From assembly GCA_963675665.1 (NCBI GenBank), contig OY776510.1:3936001-4000000 (forward strand): DNA of 64,000 bases. Direction: 5' to 3'. The notes below the pieces were generated by a model that had not been told where the DNA came from, searched no databases, and was given only the letters and a program-made list of their open reading frames with translations. Both the position numbers and the translations under genes were made by a program. Source of the DNA: Spirochaetia bacterium. GTDB taxonomy: Bacteria; Spirochaetota; Spirochaetia; UBA9216. This document shows, one piece after another, positions 49,770 to 60,345 of this stretch (position 1 is its first letter; every line of letters begins with the position of its first letter).

Positions 49770-50487
49770 TGGTGTATCCTCCGACAACCTTCATCCTGTT
49801 CTCTTTTGCTTTTGCCCTGACAGCATCGTCTTTCGCATTTTCTTCAATACTTGAATAAAGCTCAATTGCCTTGTCGGTTTCGCCTTTAAGAATCCTGACC
49901 CGTGCCAGCATGAACATTGCGTCATAGTTGGTTCTGCTTCGGGCTATTAACCGCTCAAGAAAAGGCTCGGCTGCAAACGGTTTATTCATTTCAAATATAT
50001 AGAGAACCGAAATACCGTAAAGCGCTTCGTTATAGACAGGATCAAGAGCTATTGCACGAAGATAATACTGTTCAGCCGTCTCAAGGTATTCTGATGCTCT
50101 TTCATTATCAAAAACTGCTTTTGACATCTGGGCGGATGAAACCGCACCATAATAAAACAGCATGGGGCTTGTTGGAAAATATTCAACCGCTTTCTCAATA
50201 TTCTTCAGAGCCTCGTTATACATTTCAAGACTCATATACTCAAGCGCCAGCATCCGGTAATATATGCCTGTCTGTTTTGAAGATTTAATAGTCCGTTCAA
50301 CATCCCGGGAATAAAAAGAAACCCCTTTCTTGAGGTTTTCAATCCGTTCTTCGGGAATATTGCCGGATACGAATTCTTTTTTCTCGGCGGCAGAAAGGTT
50401 CTCAACCCAGGCCTTTTTGTCGCCGCTGCACGAACCGACAAGAACAAATGTGACAAGCAGAAAAACCAATAAAAAACTTGTTTTCAT
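49762..50487 (-). CDS. TPR-repeat lipoprotein
   Basis: Lipobox LVGSC; TPR helices (AEQYYLRAIALDP, EALYG). Confidence 0.8.
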   Translation of the reverse strand: MKTSFLLVFLLVTFVLVGSCSGDKKAWVENLSAAEKKEFVSGNIPEERIENLKKGVSFYSRDVERTIKSSKQTGIYYRMLALEYMSLEMYNEALKNIEKAVEYFPTSPMLFYYGAVSSAQMSKAVFDNERASEYLETAEQYYLRAIALDPVYNEALYGISVLYIFEMNKPFAAEPFLERLIARSRTNYDAMFMLARVRILKGETDKAIELYSSIEENAKDDAVRAKAKENRMKVVGGYTNG

Positions 50488-50502
50488 ATCATACCTCATC
50501 AT

Positions 50503-51411
50503 TCAGCCCCTTGGATGGTATTGCGCATGACTGTTCTTAAGGTCGTCCCTGCTCAGATGAGTATAAATCTGTGTTGTCGAAATATCCGTGTGCCCCAGCA
50601 GTTCCTGTACCGATCTTAGATCCGCTCCCCCCTGAAGCAGATGGGTCGCAAAAGAGTGCCTCAGGGTGTGTATCTTGGCCCTGACCCCGGCCTTTACGGC
50701 TATGGCCTGAAAGCGCTTCCACATTCCTTTTCTGCTGAGCGGTTGCCCCCGGTAATTAAGAAAAAGCATACTGCGCGAGTCCGCCGTCTGTTTCAGCATG
50801 GCCGGTCTGCCGTCCTCTATATACTTTCTCAGCCAGTAGGTCACCTCTCCTCCAAGCGGAATAAATCTGTCCTTGTCGCCCTTGCCCCGCACCCTGATTA
50901 ATCCTTCTTCAAGAAAAAGGTTTCCGAATGACAGGGTAACCGCTTCGGACACCCTCAGCCCGCAGGAATATATCAGTTCAAACAATGCCCGATCACGCAG
51001 CCCCGCCGGCTGGTCAATATCGATTACTGCAAGAAATTTATCAATATCCTCAATGCTCAATACTTCCGGAAGTTTTTTATTTAATTTCGGCATATCGACA
51101 TTTTTCGCAGGATTATCATCCCTAATCTTCTCGGAAACCAGGTAATTAAAAAAAGATCTCAATGAACTCAGGATTCTAGAAACAGTCCGGCTGCTCACCG
51201 CATTGCCCTGCTTTTCAGATATCTGCCTGAAGATCAGATAATCGGTTACATCCGAAGAGTTAATTGAAGCAAGCGACTCTGCCCGTCCATTGATATATTT
51301 GAGAAAACCGCCGCAGCCTCTTTTATAGGCATCAACCGTATTGCTGCTTAATCCGAGATCAATTTTTAAATAATCCACATAATCCGAAAGGATTCTGTCT
51401 ACATCCATCAT
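50503..51411 (-). CDS. xerD: Tyrosine recombinase XerD
   Basis: [49 protein letters not shown]. Start moved to avoid overlap with ftsZ. Confidence 0.88.
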   Translation of the reverse strand: MMDVDRILSDYVDYLKIDLGLSSNTVDAYKRGCGGFLKYINGRAESLASINSSDVTDYLIFRQISEKQGNAVSSRTVSRILSSLRSFFNYLVSEKIRDDNPAKNVDMPKLNKKLPEVLSIEDIDKFLAVIDIDQPAGLRDRALFELIYSCGLRVSEAVTLSFGNLFLEEGLIRVRGKGDKDRFIPLGGEVTYWLRKYIEDGRPAMLKQTADSRSMLFLNYRGQPLSRKGMWKRFQAIAVKAGVRAKIHTLRHSFATHLLQGGADLRSVQELLGHTDISTTQIYTHLSRDDLKNSHAQYHPRG

Positions 51412-51424
51412 AAAACCGAAAGTA

Positions 51425-52600
51425 TCAGCTCTCGGTACCGAATTCAGATCTGAATACTGTAGGAATTCCGAGATCTTCGTCAAGACCGGAATTTCTTCTC
51501 GTTAAAGAAACAGTATTCCCTACTTTCGATAAACCCGACTGCATTTCCATCCATTGTTTATAATCAACAACTTCCTGGCTTTCAGATTCTGTTTCAAAAA
51601 CATCTGCAGAAGCTATTTCTTCATTTTCTTCACCGGCGCCTGTGGCAATTACCGTAACTTTGACCTCATCTTCAAGAGAAGGATCGGTTGCAGTTCCGGA
51701 AATAATCATGGCGTCTTCATCTGCATTGGTAGTAATAATATTCAGAATCTCTTCATATTCAGTAAGAGAAAAATTCTCACCGCCGGTAACACTGACCAGG
51801 ATTCCCTTTGCGCCTTCTATCCGTGCGTCTTCAAGAAGAGGATTATTAATTGCATTTGTCGCTGCGTCGACCGCCCTGTTGTCGCCGGAGCCTGTACCGA
51901 TACCCATCAGCGCATCGCCCTGCCCCTTCATTACTGTTCTGACGTCTGCAAAATCGATATTTATTTCACCGGCTTCTGTAATCAAATCGGATATACCCTG
52001 AACGCCCTGACGCAATACATCGTCAGCAATTCTGAACGCCTCTTTTATCGGAGTCTTGCGTTCAACAATTTTCAGAAGATACTGGTTCGGAATTATAATG
52101 AGCGTATCTACGGCCTGTCGGAGTTTTTCGATTCCCTGCTCGGCGAGTTTCATCTTCTTGGCGCCTTCAAAGGCAAACGGTTTTGTTACAACCGCCACGG
52201 TCAGCGCTTCAAGTTCTCTTGCAATCTGAGCAACAACAGCCGCTGCTCCGGTTCCGGTACCGCCGCCCATACCTGCTGTAATAAAAACCATATCAGCTCC
52301 GCGTAAAATATTACGCAGTTCCTCGGTACTTTCTATTGCGGCATTTTGTCCGATTTCCGGATTTCCGCCGGCACCGAGTCCTCCGGTAAGTTTTGTTCCA
52401 ATGGGCATTTTCATTTTGGCGCTTGACAGTTTAAGTGCCTGCAAATCGGTGTTTACAGCGATAAACTCTACATTTTTTAATCCGCTTGTGATCATTCGGT
52501 TAACTGCGTTGTTGCCTCCGCCGCCGACCCCGATGACCTTGATTACGGTGGGATTACCTGCATCGCCACCGAATTTGTCTTCGACCAGCTCAATATTCAT
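51425..52600 (-). CDS. ftsZ: Cell division protein FtsZ
   Basis: [25 protein letters not shown]-terminal IPTVFR. Confidence 0.98.
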   Translation of the reverse strand: MNIELVEDKFGGDAGNPTVIKVIGVGGGGNNAVNRMITSGLKNVEFIAVNTDLQALKLSSAKMKMPIGTKLTGGLGAGGNPEIGQNAAIESTEELRNILRGADMVFITAGMGGGTGTGAAAVVAQIARELEALTVAVVTKPFAFEGAKKMKLAEQGIEKLRQAVDTLIIIPNQYLLKIVERKTPIKEAFRIADDVLRQGVQGISDLITEAGEINIDFADVRTVMKGQGDALMGIGTGSGDNRAVDAATNAINNPLLEDARIEGAKGILVSVTGGENFSLTEYEEILNIITTNADEDAMIISGTATDPSLEDEVKVTVIATGAGEENEEIASADVFETESESQEVVDYKQWMEMQSGLSKVGNTVSLTRRNSGLDEDLGIPTVFRSEFGTES

Positions 52601-52678
52601 TAGCCGCCCCCTCCCAGAAGCTTTTAAATATAATATAACGGTCCTTATAGTTTTTACCAGTAGAAAAACAGACCTTTT

Positions 52679-53914
52679 TTAAAAAAATTCCTTCATCCAG
52701 TTCCTGAAACGGTTTCCGATGCTTTTTCCGGACCTTTTTGCAGCAGACTGGATATCATTTCCATGCGATGAAATTTCATTTCCGTATATCACAAGCCCTA
52801 CCGCCGTTGCATACATGGGATTCCTGTATTCGGGAACAAGTCCGCCCAGCTCAAACGGGTACCCGATTCTGGCCGGAACTCCGAAGATTTCCTTTGCCAG
52901 TTCTGCTGCGCCTGGCATCATCGAACCGCCGCCGGTAAGAACGACGCCTCCGCGAAGGTGATTCAGGTATCCTTTTTTCATCATCTTTTCACGTATCAGC
53001 GCAAAGGTTTCAGCCATTCGTGGCTGAATAATCTTGCTGAGTTCGGTCCGCGGTATTGAAGCTGTAGGCCATCCGCCGACTCCCGGCAGAAGAATCTCTT
53101 CGGACGGATCAACAAGAGGCATGTAACAGCATCCGGATTGTATTTTCAGTTTTTCCGCAAATTCAACCGGTGTTTTCAGCACAATCGAAATATCGCTGGT
53201 AACCTGCTGCCCGCCGACCGCCACAACATCCGTATAATGAGGAGACCCCCCTACAAACAGAAGAGCATCCGTCGTGCCGCCGCCGAGATCAATCATCAGC
53301 ACGCCGAGTTCCTTTTCCTCATTCGACAGAACAGCTCTTGACGACGCTATTGACTCGAGGACTATATCTTCAACCCTGAATCCGGCACGGTTAACGCATT
53401 TAAGGAGATTCTGGGCGGAGGTTACGGACCCCGTGATTATATGAACCTCGGCTTCAAGCCGGATACCGATCATGTCAAGCGGATTTTTTATTCCGCCCTG
53501 GTCGTCAACTATGAATTCCTGGGGAACTACATGAAGAACTTCGCGGTCCATCGGAATAACCACAGCCCTGGCTGCATCAATTACCCTCCGGATATCTTCT
53601 TCGTTGATCTCGCGGTCGCGACCGGAAACGGCAACGACACCCCTTGAGTTGATTCCTTCAACATGTGCGCCGGCAATTCCCGTTATTACGGACCCCACCT
53701 CGCGACCCGACATCATCTCGGCGGCCTCGATTGCTTTGGTAACAGCCTTAAGGGTTGATTCAATATTGATAACAACGCCTTTGCGCAACCCATCGGACGC
53801 AGCTGTACCGATACCGACAATTTCAATTCTGCCGGTCTCATTCAGCTCACCTATAACGGCGCACACTTTGGTAGTGCCTATATCCAATCCGACAATCAAA
53901 TCATCTACCGGCAA
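52679..53914 (-). CDS. ftsA: Cell division protein FtsA
   Basis: GLDIGTTKV, IDLGGGTT, VLTGGG. Confidence 0.97.
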   Translation of the reverse strand: MPVDDLIVGLDIGTTKVCAVIGELNETGRIEIVGIGTAASDGLRKGVVINIESTLKAVTKAIEAAEMMSGREVGSVITGIAGAHVEGINSRGVVAVSGRDREINEEDIRRVIDAARAVVIPMDREVLHVVPQEFIVDDQGGIKNPLDMIGIRLEAEVHIITGSVTSAQNLLKCVNRAGFRVEDIVLESIASSRAVLSNEEKELGVLMIDLGGGTTDALLFVGGSPHYTDVVAVGGQQVTSDISIVLKTPVEFAEKLKIQSGCCYMPLVDPSEEILLPGVGGWPTASIPRTELSKIIQPRMAETFALIREKMMKKGYLNHLRGGVVLTGGGSMMPGAAELAKEIFGVPARIGYPFELGGLVPEYRNPMYATAVGLVIYGNEISSHGNDIQSAAKRSGKSIGNRFRNWMKEFF

Positions 53915-53916
53915 GA

Positions 53917-54819
53917 TTATTCCTCCCTGATCCTGTATACAACTTCATCTGTTCTGAAATCAAGTTCTTCAAGATAACCGGATATTCCCTGCTGTTTTAC
54001 GACATCCAGAACAAGCATTATGTAACTTAAGGTTTCACTGTCTATTCTGCTGCCTATCCTTACAGGAATATTATAATTCTGAGGATACAGCAAAACTTCA
54101 AAATCGTCACTGGTTTTTCTGATAATTCTGAATTCCGATAAGCTGTTAAAAAAGGCCGGGGATTCTTTCCGCAGCGATTCAAGACTTTTCAGAAAACCTG
54201 TCACAGGCGACGGCATAACCGAGCCGAGCCGTGCGTCATCAATTCTCACTCCCGACATTACCGGCAGATTCAGTTCGTTAACGGATTTGCCGAGCTGGAA
54301 TATAACCCCTTTTGAGTCGACTGCAACAGGTATTAACCTGTCGCCGCTTTCAACAAGGCACACCGCCAGCGGGCGTCTTCCTTCGATATGAATATTCAAT
54401 GTGTCGGGAAATTTCTTTTCAACGGAGGCGGAAGCAATCTGCGGAAACCGCTCAAGCCTAAGCTCGACCTGGGCAGTATCAAGCGCAAAAAACGACACCC
54501 CTTTCCCGATACCGGCCATTTCAAGCAGTTTATCATCCTGGATTGATAAACCTGCGCCGGATTCTATAACGATTTTTTCAATATTAATATTTCGTGCAAA
54601 GTAAAGGTGATAAAGCACCTGAACAAAAATAACAAAAAGAAGCACGGCTATAATTATTTTGAATGCTTTTACTGTTTTTACCCTGCGGTCCTGAGCAAGA
54701 GTGTCCTTTTCCAGCCTGTCAGCCTTTGTGAAGATAGTATTTTCAGAGTTGTTATAATCATAAAAAGCGGTTTCGGGGTAATCATATTCCCTGCTGCTGA
54801 ACTGATGAACCTGACTCAT
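53917..54819 (-). CDS. ftsQ: Cell division protein FtsQ/DivIB
   Basis: TM + POTRA (VEKKFPDTL); LDFR at C-terminus; between ftsW and ftsA. Confidence 0.88.
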   Translation of the reverse strand: MSQVHQFSSREYDYPETAFYDYNNSENTIFTKADRLEKDTLAQDRRVKTVKAFKIIIAVLLFVIFVQVLYHLYFARNINIEKIVIESGAGLSIQDDKLLEMAGIGKGVSFFALDTAQVELRLERFPQIASASVEKKFPDTLNIHIEGRRPLAVCLVESGDRLIPVAVDSKGVIFQLGKSVNELNLPVMSGVRIDDARLGSVMPSPVTGFLKSLESLRKESPAFFNSLSEFRIIRKTSDDFEVLLYPQNYNIPVRIGSRIDSETLSYIMLVLDVVKQQGISGYLEELDFRTDEVVYRIREE

Positions 54820-54821
54820 TA

Positions 54822-55952
54822 TTATATTATCTCCTCATTCTGTCTTCTGGTTACACCCAGAAGGAATCCGCACATTATAAAAGATACCATCAGTGAAGAA
54901 CCGCCTGATGAAAAAAACGGCAAAGGAATCCCGGTGGCCGGAACCAGCCCGGACACAACAGCCAGATTAAACAAAGCCTGGTACAGTATGCAGCTTGTCA
55001 AACCGAAACTTAACAGGAAATCATACCGGGTTCCGCTTCTGTATCCCCTGAGAAACCCCCTTGCCCCGAAACCGAGGAAAAGCGCAATTATACAAATCAC
55101 GCCGATAAACCCGATTTCTTCCGCTGTTGATGCAAATATAAAATCGGAATGAACTTCGGGGAGGCCGCCAAGCTTTTTAAGACCGTTACCAAGTCCCTGC
55201 CCCCATAATCCGCCGTTTTTCAGGGCCGATTGCGCTGCAATAACCTGATAGCCGGAACCTACAGGGTCAGTTTCAGGATTAATAAAGGCAATAAGCCTTT
55301 CAACCCTGTGCGGTTTGGTAAAAAGCATAATCAGCGAGATTGGAACTGCCGCCATCAGCAGGTAAACAAAATGCAGAACGGGAACTCCAGCCATAAAGAA
55401 AACCGAGAGGCCGATGATCAGTATGAATACGGCTGATGAAAAATCGTTTTGGAGCATTACAAGGCCTATAACAATACCAAGGATAATAAGCGGGGGTACC
55501 ACCGCATTACCCAGCTCATGCATCCGATCCTGTTTTTTATCGAATATATTGGCCAGATACAGGACAATTGCCAGTTTCGCCAGTTCGGAAGGCTGAAATG
55601 AATAACCGAACAGAAATATCCATCTCCGTGCACCAAGGATTTCCTTGCTTAACCCGGGCATGAAAGTGAGCAGGATCAGTGCAATACTTCCAAGAAGAAA
55701 CAAGGGCGTATATCGTCTTATAAAATCTACAGGAATCTTGTATGCCGCAAACCCCAGCAAAACACCTACAGCGCCGAGAATAACCTGTTTTCTTATAAAG
55801 AGGAAACTGTCGTTAAAATACTTCCCGGCATAATGATATGATGCGGAAAAAAGAGCAGAGAACCCGCAGCCGGCGAGAAGTACTATTATCATGAGAAGTA
55901 TAAAATCGCTTTGTGCTCCCGGAGCTTTTTCCAGTTGGAATCTGCCGTTCAT
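54822..55952 (-). CDS. ftsW: SEDS peptidoglycan polymerase FtsW
   Basis: GARRW, QPSELAK, LPEVHSDFIF, PATGIPLPFFSSGG. Confidence 0.95.
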   Translation of the reverse strand: MNGRFQLEKAPGAQSDFILLMIIVLLAGCGFSALFSASYHYAGKYFNDSFLFIRKQVILGAVGVLLGFAAYKIPVDFIRRYTPLFLLGSIALILLTFMPGLSKEILGARRWIFLFGYSFQPSELAKLAIVLYLANIFDKKQDRMHELGNAVVPPLIILGIVIGLVMLQNDFSSAVFILIIGLSVFFMAGVPVLHFVYLLMAAVPISLIMLFTKPHRVERLIAFINPETDPVGSGYQVIAAQSALKNGGLWGQGLGNGLKKLGGLPEVHSDFIFASTAEEIGFIGVICIIALFLGFGARGFLRGYRSGTRYDFLLSFGLTSCILYQALFNLAVVSGLVPATGIPLPFFSSGGSSLMVSFIMCGFLLGVTRRQNEEII

Positions 55953-55968
55953 ACCGTCCTTTCCGAAA

Positions 55969-57048
55969 CTACTGAATCTTTAATGTCGAAAGAGCAAGAA
56001 TCGCAAACATCCCGCCCATAATCCAGAATCTTATTACAACCTTTGTCTCAGCCCAGCCTTTCAGCTCAAAATGGTGATGCAAAGGCGCCATTTTAAAAAC
56101 CCTTCTCCCTGTAATCTTGAACGATAAAACCTGGATAACAACCGACAGGGCTTCAAGAACAAAAACACCGCCGATAATCACAAGAAGAATTTCTTTTTTT
56201 ATCATTAATGAAACAACACCCAGCACGCCTCCCAGCGCAAGCGAACCGGTATCTCCCATAAACACTTCGGCCGGGTGAGAATTAAACCATAAAAAACCAA
56301 CTGCTGCGCCCACGAGAGCAAAGCAAAAAACGGGCAGCTCGCTGCTTTCAGGCAGATACGGTATCTGAAGGTATTCTGCATAATCTGCGCGGCCTGTAAT
56401 ATAGGTCAATATGGCAAATGCAATTCCGGCCATTATCACCAGCCCTATTGCAAGTCCGTCAAGACCGTCGGTCAGGTTAACAGCATTTGTCCATGAAACA
56501 AGGACAAATACCCCGAAGGGTATATAAAGCACCCCCAAATCAAGCACAGGGTTCTTGAAAAATGGAAGATACAGCAAAGTTGTATGCTCATTGCCGTTAA
56601 AATAAATAAACAGTACAATTATAAGCGATATTGTAATCTGACCTATTATTTTAAACCTCGCATGAAGCCCTTCCGTGCTTTTCCGGGTTATCTTCAGATA
56701 ATCGTCTAGAAACCCGACAATTCCAAACCCGAGAAGAGAAACAACTCCTATCCATACGTACGGATTGCTGAAATCCTGCCAGAGAAGACAGGAAACAAGA
56801 ACTGCAAGAATCATTATAATTCCGCCCATCGTCGGGGTCCCGGTTTTATACATATGACTCTGCGGCCCGTCGCTTCTGACCATCTGCCCCAGTTTAAATT
56901 TCTTCAGCGCCTTAATGATTTTCGGGCCCAGAAGAAAAGATATAAATAAAGCTGTAACCGCTGCATAAGCTGCACGAAAAGTAATATACTGAAATATGTT
57001 AAAAGCGGAAAAATATTCCACCAGCGGATATAGCAGTTCTTTTAGCAT
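55969..57048 (-). CDS. mraY: Phospho-MurNAc-pentapeptide transferase MraY
   Basis: KTGTPTMGG, DDYLK, NLTDGLDG, FMGDTGS, MAPLHHHFE. Confidence 0.97.
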   Translation of the reverse strand: MLKELLYPLVEYFSAFNIFQYITFRAAYAAVTALFISFLLGPKIIKALKKFKLGQMVRSDGPQSHMYKTGTPTMGGIIMILAVLVSCLLWQDFSNPYVWIGVVSLLGFGIVGFLDDYLKITRKSTEGLHARFKIIGQITISLIIVLFIYFNGNEHTTLLYLPFFKNPVLDLGVLYIPFGVFVLVSWTNAVNLTDGLDGLAIGLVIMAGIAFAILTYITGRADYAEYLQIPYLPESSELPVFCFALVGAAVGFLWFNSHPAEVFMGDTGSLALGGVLGVVSLMIKKEILLVIIGGVFVLEALSVVIQVLSFKITGRRVFKMAPLHHHFELKGWAETKVVIRFWIMGGMFAILALSTLKIQ

Positions 57049-58469
57049 TTCTCCTCCACAAATATATTGGCTACAGGCTCAAGCAAACGCTCCAGGTTCA
57101 TTGACCTTGAACCTTTAATTAAAAGCAAATCACCCCTTTGCAGCCCGGAAAGAACATTTTTTTCAAGTTCAGAATATTCAGACGTATAATACAGCTCCGG
57201 ACCTGCATTCTTTACAAGCGATGCAGCTTCCCGGTATGCTTCGGCAGAATCTTCACCGAAAAAGAAAACCTTATCAGCTGAGCTTGCTGCTGCAGTGCGT
57301 CCGGCTTCAGTATGTATATCCCTGCTGTTTTCTCCAAGCTCTTTCATGTCACCCAGGACATAGATTTTTGAGCCGTCCCATTCAAGACTGTCGGCAAATT
57401 TTACTGATTGATTCAGAGAATCGGCATTTGCGTTATAACAATCCTGGATAATCGTAACCGGCCCGTTTATAATCTGGCTTCTGCCGGACAGCGGAACAGC
57501 CTTTTCAAGGCCTGCTTTCAGCTGCTCACTGGATAAACCGGCATAACGCCCGACAGCACACGCTCCGAAAGCATTTTTAAGATTATGGATACCGATTAGA
57601 GGAAATTTTATTTCCACATCATCAAAACTGATAACCCATCCTTCCAGTCCGCAGTCTTTACATTGAAGATTTTCTGATTCGGACTTAAAACTCTTAAACC
57701 CGTAGCTGATTGTAGTGCCGCTATGGCCTTCACCTAGAAACGAACCGAAAGATTCTTCCTCATCTACAAACAAAACTCCCTGTTTTGCAAACAGGGAAAC
57801 CGAACGGCGTTTTTCATAGGCCGTTTTTTCGATATTTTTAAAGATACCGATATGGGCGGTCCCGATATTGGTAATGACAACCATATCGGGACGGAGTATT
57901 TCAGCGAGTACATCCATTTCACCCACACGGTTAATACCCATTTCAATCACCGCATATTCATGCGTGTTTTTTATGTTAAAAACCGTTAACGGAAGTCCTA
58001 TTTCCGAATTATAATTCCCACCGGTTTTTACAACATTATACTTTTCGCCCAGTACGGCAGCGATAAGTTCTTTGGTCGTCGTCTTGCCGCTGCTTCCGGT
58101 GACGCCGATTCTGACCGGACCGGTTATTCTTTTCATATACCCGGAAGCTATCTGCTGCAAGGCAGAAAGCGGATCTTCTGCTGCAATAATAAACCTTTCC
58201 GCCGGAACAGGTTTCACCTCCGCCTTATGCAAAGAGTACCATTCTGCAGAAACAGCAGCTCCGCAGGCTCCGTTATCAAATGCCGCCTGCAGAAAATCAT
58301 GTCCATCTACATTTTCTCCTTTCAGAGCAATAAACAGGCTGCCTTCAGTACATTTTCTCGAATCCACCTCAACTGAAAACACCCGGATTTCAGGATTACC
58401 AAGAATTTCGCCCCCGGACCATCCGATCGCATCATTTGCTGTAAAAAGAACAGCCGAATTAACCATCAT
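57042..58469 (-). CDS. murF: UDP-MurNAc-tripeptide-D-Ala-D-Ala ligase MurF
   Basis: TGSSGKTTTK, NSEIGLP, DCYNAN, LGDMKELG, KGSR. Confidence 0.95.
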   Translation of the reverse strand: MMVNSAVLFTANDAIGWSGGEILGNPEIRVFSVEVDSRKCTEGSLFIALKGENVDGHDFLQAAFDNGACGAAVSAEWYSLHKAEVKPVPAERFIIAAEDPLSALQQIASGYMKRITGPVRIGVTGSSGKTTTKELIAAVLGEKYNVVKTGGNYNSEIGLPLTVFNIKNTHEYAVIEMGINRVGEMDVLAEILRPDMVVITNIGTAHIGIFKNIEKTAYEKRRSVSLFAKQGVLFVDEEESFGSFLGEGHSGTTISYGFKSFKSESENLQCKDCGLEGWVISFDDVEIKFPLIGIHNLKNAFGACAVGRYAGLSSEQLKAGLEKAVPLSGRSQIINGPVTIIQDCYNANADSLNQSVKFADSLEWDGSKIYVLGDMKELGENSRDIHTEAGRTAAASSADKVFFFGEDSAEAYREAASLVKNAGPELYYTSEYSELEKNVLSGLQRGDLLLIKGSRSMNLERLLEPVANIFVEEKC

Positions 58470-58749
58470 TTCTGCCCTTTCCCGTTTTCAGTTCAATTCT
58501 CAGAATACTGTCGGGATCTATCTTCTTTAATCCGAGATCTTCTTCGGCAATTTTGTTTATTCTGAAAGGAGATTTTAAAAACTCAATCCCCATGACAATC
58601 TTCTTGTTTTTTTCGAATACATCTTTCTGGATCTGCTCAAGTTCGGAAACCTCCCTGCTCAGCATATCGTAACGGTATGACTGAAATACGGATAAAAAAA
58701 GGAGAACAGGAATAGATATAACAAGTAATGCAGCAAGCTTCTTTTTCAA
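58459..58749 (-). CDS. ftsL: FtsL-like cell division protein
   Basis: Small TM + coiled coil, LKSPFRINKIA..LGL; directly after rsmH. Confidence 0.75.
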   Translation of the reverse strand: MKKKLAALLVISIPVLLFLSVFQSYRYDMLSREVSELEQIQKDVFEKNKKIVMGIEFLKSPFRINKIAEEDLGLKKIDPDSILRIELKTGKGRNDG

Positions 58750-58752
58750 AAC

Positions 58753-59700
58753 TTAAAATTCCTCATCTGAAATCTTTTTAACGACCCTCAGCTTTGAACT
58801 CCGGGAAGGAGGATTGTCCTTCACCTCCAGCTCCGCAGGCACAACAGGCTTTTTGGTTATAATCTCAACTATTTTCCTGCCGTTACAATTACATATCGGC
58901 TGTTCAGGAGGGCAGATACAGGCCTTATTCATATCCCTGAAGAAGTGCTTTACTTTTCGGTCCTCGAGGGAATGGAATGTAATAACTCCCATTCTTCCGC
59001 CGGGCTTAAGAACCCGGAGAGCATTGGCAAGTACCGAGTCAAGCCTTGCAAGTTCGCCGTTAACTGCTATGCGAAGGGCCTGAAAGGTTCTTGTAGCCGG
59101 ATGTATCCTGCCGTGACGGTAGTCTGCAGGCGAAGACTTGAAAATCACTTCAGCAAGCTGCACTGTAGTCTCAATTCGCCCGTTTTTTCGTTCGGCAACA
59201 ACGGCTCTCGCAAAACGTCTTGAAAGCCGCTCTTCGCCGAACTGGTAGATAAGGTCTGCAATTTCATTCTCCGGATATTCATTTATAATATCCGCTGCAG
59301 ATATTTCCAGTTCCGGCGAAAGCCTCATATCGAGCGGTTCGTCTCTGAGAAAAGAGAATCCCCTGCCCGATTTCTCGTAATGAAAAATTGAAATCCCGAG
59401 ATCAAAAAGGATGAGGTCGGGTCGTTCATCTCCCAGAGGATACTGCTTAAAAAACTGGTTGAACCACTGATTAAAAAACCTGACCCTTCCCCCAAAGGGT
59501 TCAAGCCGCTGTTTCGCAACAGCCATTATGTTTTCATCAGCATCCAGACCCGCCACATTAATCCAGGGGCATCTTGAAAGAAAGAGCTCCGAGTGTCCCC
59601 CTTCGCCCTGGGTACAGTCTATAAGAAGCTTTTCATCTTTCTTCGGCTCCAGATAACTGTACACCTCTTCTTTCAGCACTGAATAATGTGCAATATCCAT
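58753..59700 (-). CDS. rsmH: 16S rRNA m4C1402 methyltransferase RsmH
   Basis: DCTQGEGGHS, DLGIS, PLDMR, TFQALRIAVN, FHSLEDR. Confidence 0.97.
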   Translation of the reverse strand: MDIAHYSVLKEEVYSYLEPKKDEKLLIDCTQGEGGHSELFLSRCPWINVAGLDADENIMAVAKQRLEPFGGRVRFFNQWFNQFFKQYPLGDERPDLILFDLGISIFHYEKSGRGFSFLRDEPLDMRLSPELEISAADIINEYPENEIADLIYQFGEERLSRRFARAVVAERKNGRIETTVQLAEVIFKSSPADYRHGRIHPATRTFQALRIAVNGELARLDSVLANALRVLKPGGRMGVITFHSLEDRKVKHFFRDMNKACICPPEQPICNCNGRKIVEIITKKPVVPAELEVKDNPPSRSSKLRVVKKISDEEF

Positions 59701-59724
59701 GAACGACCCTTTTCCCGGCTATGC

Positions 59725-60165
59725 TCAGATATTCAGAAGATCACCGAGATCTTCTGCTGCAGCCAGAAAATCCTCCTCACTTTCATTAAGATACTTGTCA
59801 TATTCCGACTCGTCCCAGATCTCCATATACTTCTCCATGGCAAGAAGAACTACTTCCTTGCTCAGGCCGGCAGACTCTCTTAAAGTCGGAGGTATATTTA
59901 TCCGTCCGGATTTGTCGATCTCGCATTCCTGCGCCGGCGCAATTATGCGTCTCTGCAGCAGCCTTGTTTTTGATTTAAACACGGAAGAGGAATCAAGTAT
60001 AAGTGAAGCTATTCTCTTCCATTCATCAGGAGTGTACACCCACAGGCATTTATCAATCCCGCGGGTCAGTACAAGCTGATTTCCCGGGATTAAATTTCTC
60101 ACACGTGAGGGGACTAACATGCGGCCTTTTTCATCCAGATTGTTCCTGTATTCGCCGGTAATCAT
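59725..60165 (-). CDS. mraZ: Division/cell-wall cluster repressor MraZ
   Basis: Two DxxGR motifs (DEKGR, DKSGR); EIW. Confidence 0.96.
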   Translation of the reverse strand: MITGEYRNNLDEKGRMLVPSRVRNLIPGNQLVLTRGIDKCLWVYTPDEWKRIASLILDSSSVFKSKTRLLQRRIIAPAQECEIDKSGRINIPPTLRESAGLSKEVVLLAMEKYMEIWDESEYDKYLNESEEDFLAAAEDLGDLLNI

Positions 60166-60171
60166 ATTAAT

Positions 60172-60206
60172 CCCACTTACTCCTAATTTCTCCCACTTTT
60201 TACCAC
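60172..60206 (-). promoter_or_regulatory. MraZ operator boxes
   Basis: GTGGT/GTGGG/(TTAGG)/GTGGG at exact 10-bp spacing directly upstream of mraZ. Confidence 0.8.
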
Positions 60207-60261
60207 CTATTTGATATCTTAAACCATGAAATTCCTTTTATAAACCTTTATTTAAATAAAT

Positions 60262-60289
60262 TAAAGAAAAACTGAAAATATTCCGATAA
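60262..60289 (+). promoter_or_regulatory. Possible sigma28-type promoter for the DUF1820 gene
   Basis: TAAA-N16-TCCGATAA; spacer is 1 nt longer than consensus. Confidence 0.35.
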
Positions 60290-60345
60290 TACAACTTAAC
60301 TTTTGTTTAGTAGCTTTTTTCATGTTAAAGCGGTAAATATACTGT

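Noticed and set aside
45728-51411. Two tyrosine recombinases as signs of an integrated element
   Set aside because: They are XerC/XerD-type and lie in the ftsZ-xerD-TPR-dprA-topA-xerC core order; no att sites or cargo.
51554-52306. 250-aa ORF on the + strand
   Set aside because: Antisense shadow of ftsZ; no motifs or SD.
52601-52678. Internal ftsZ promoter
   Set aside because: AT-rich with -10-like TATATT/TATTAT but no convincing -35; not enough to call.
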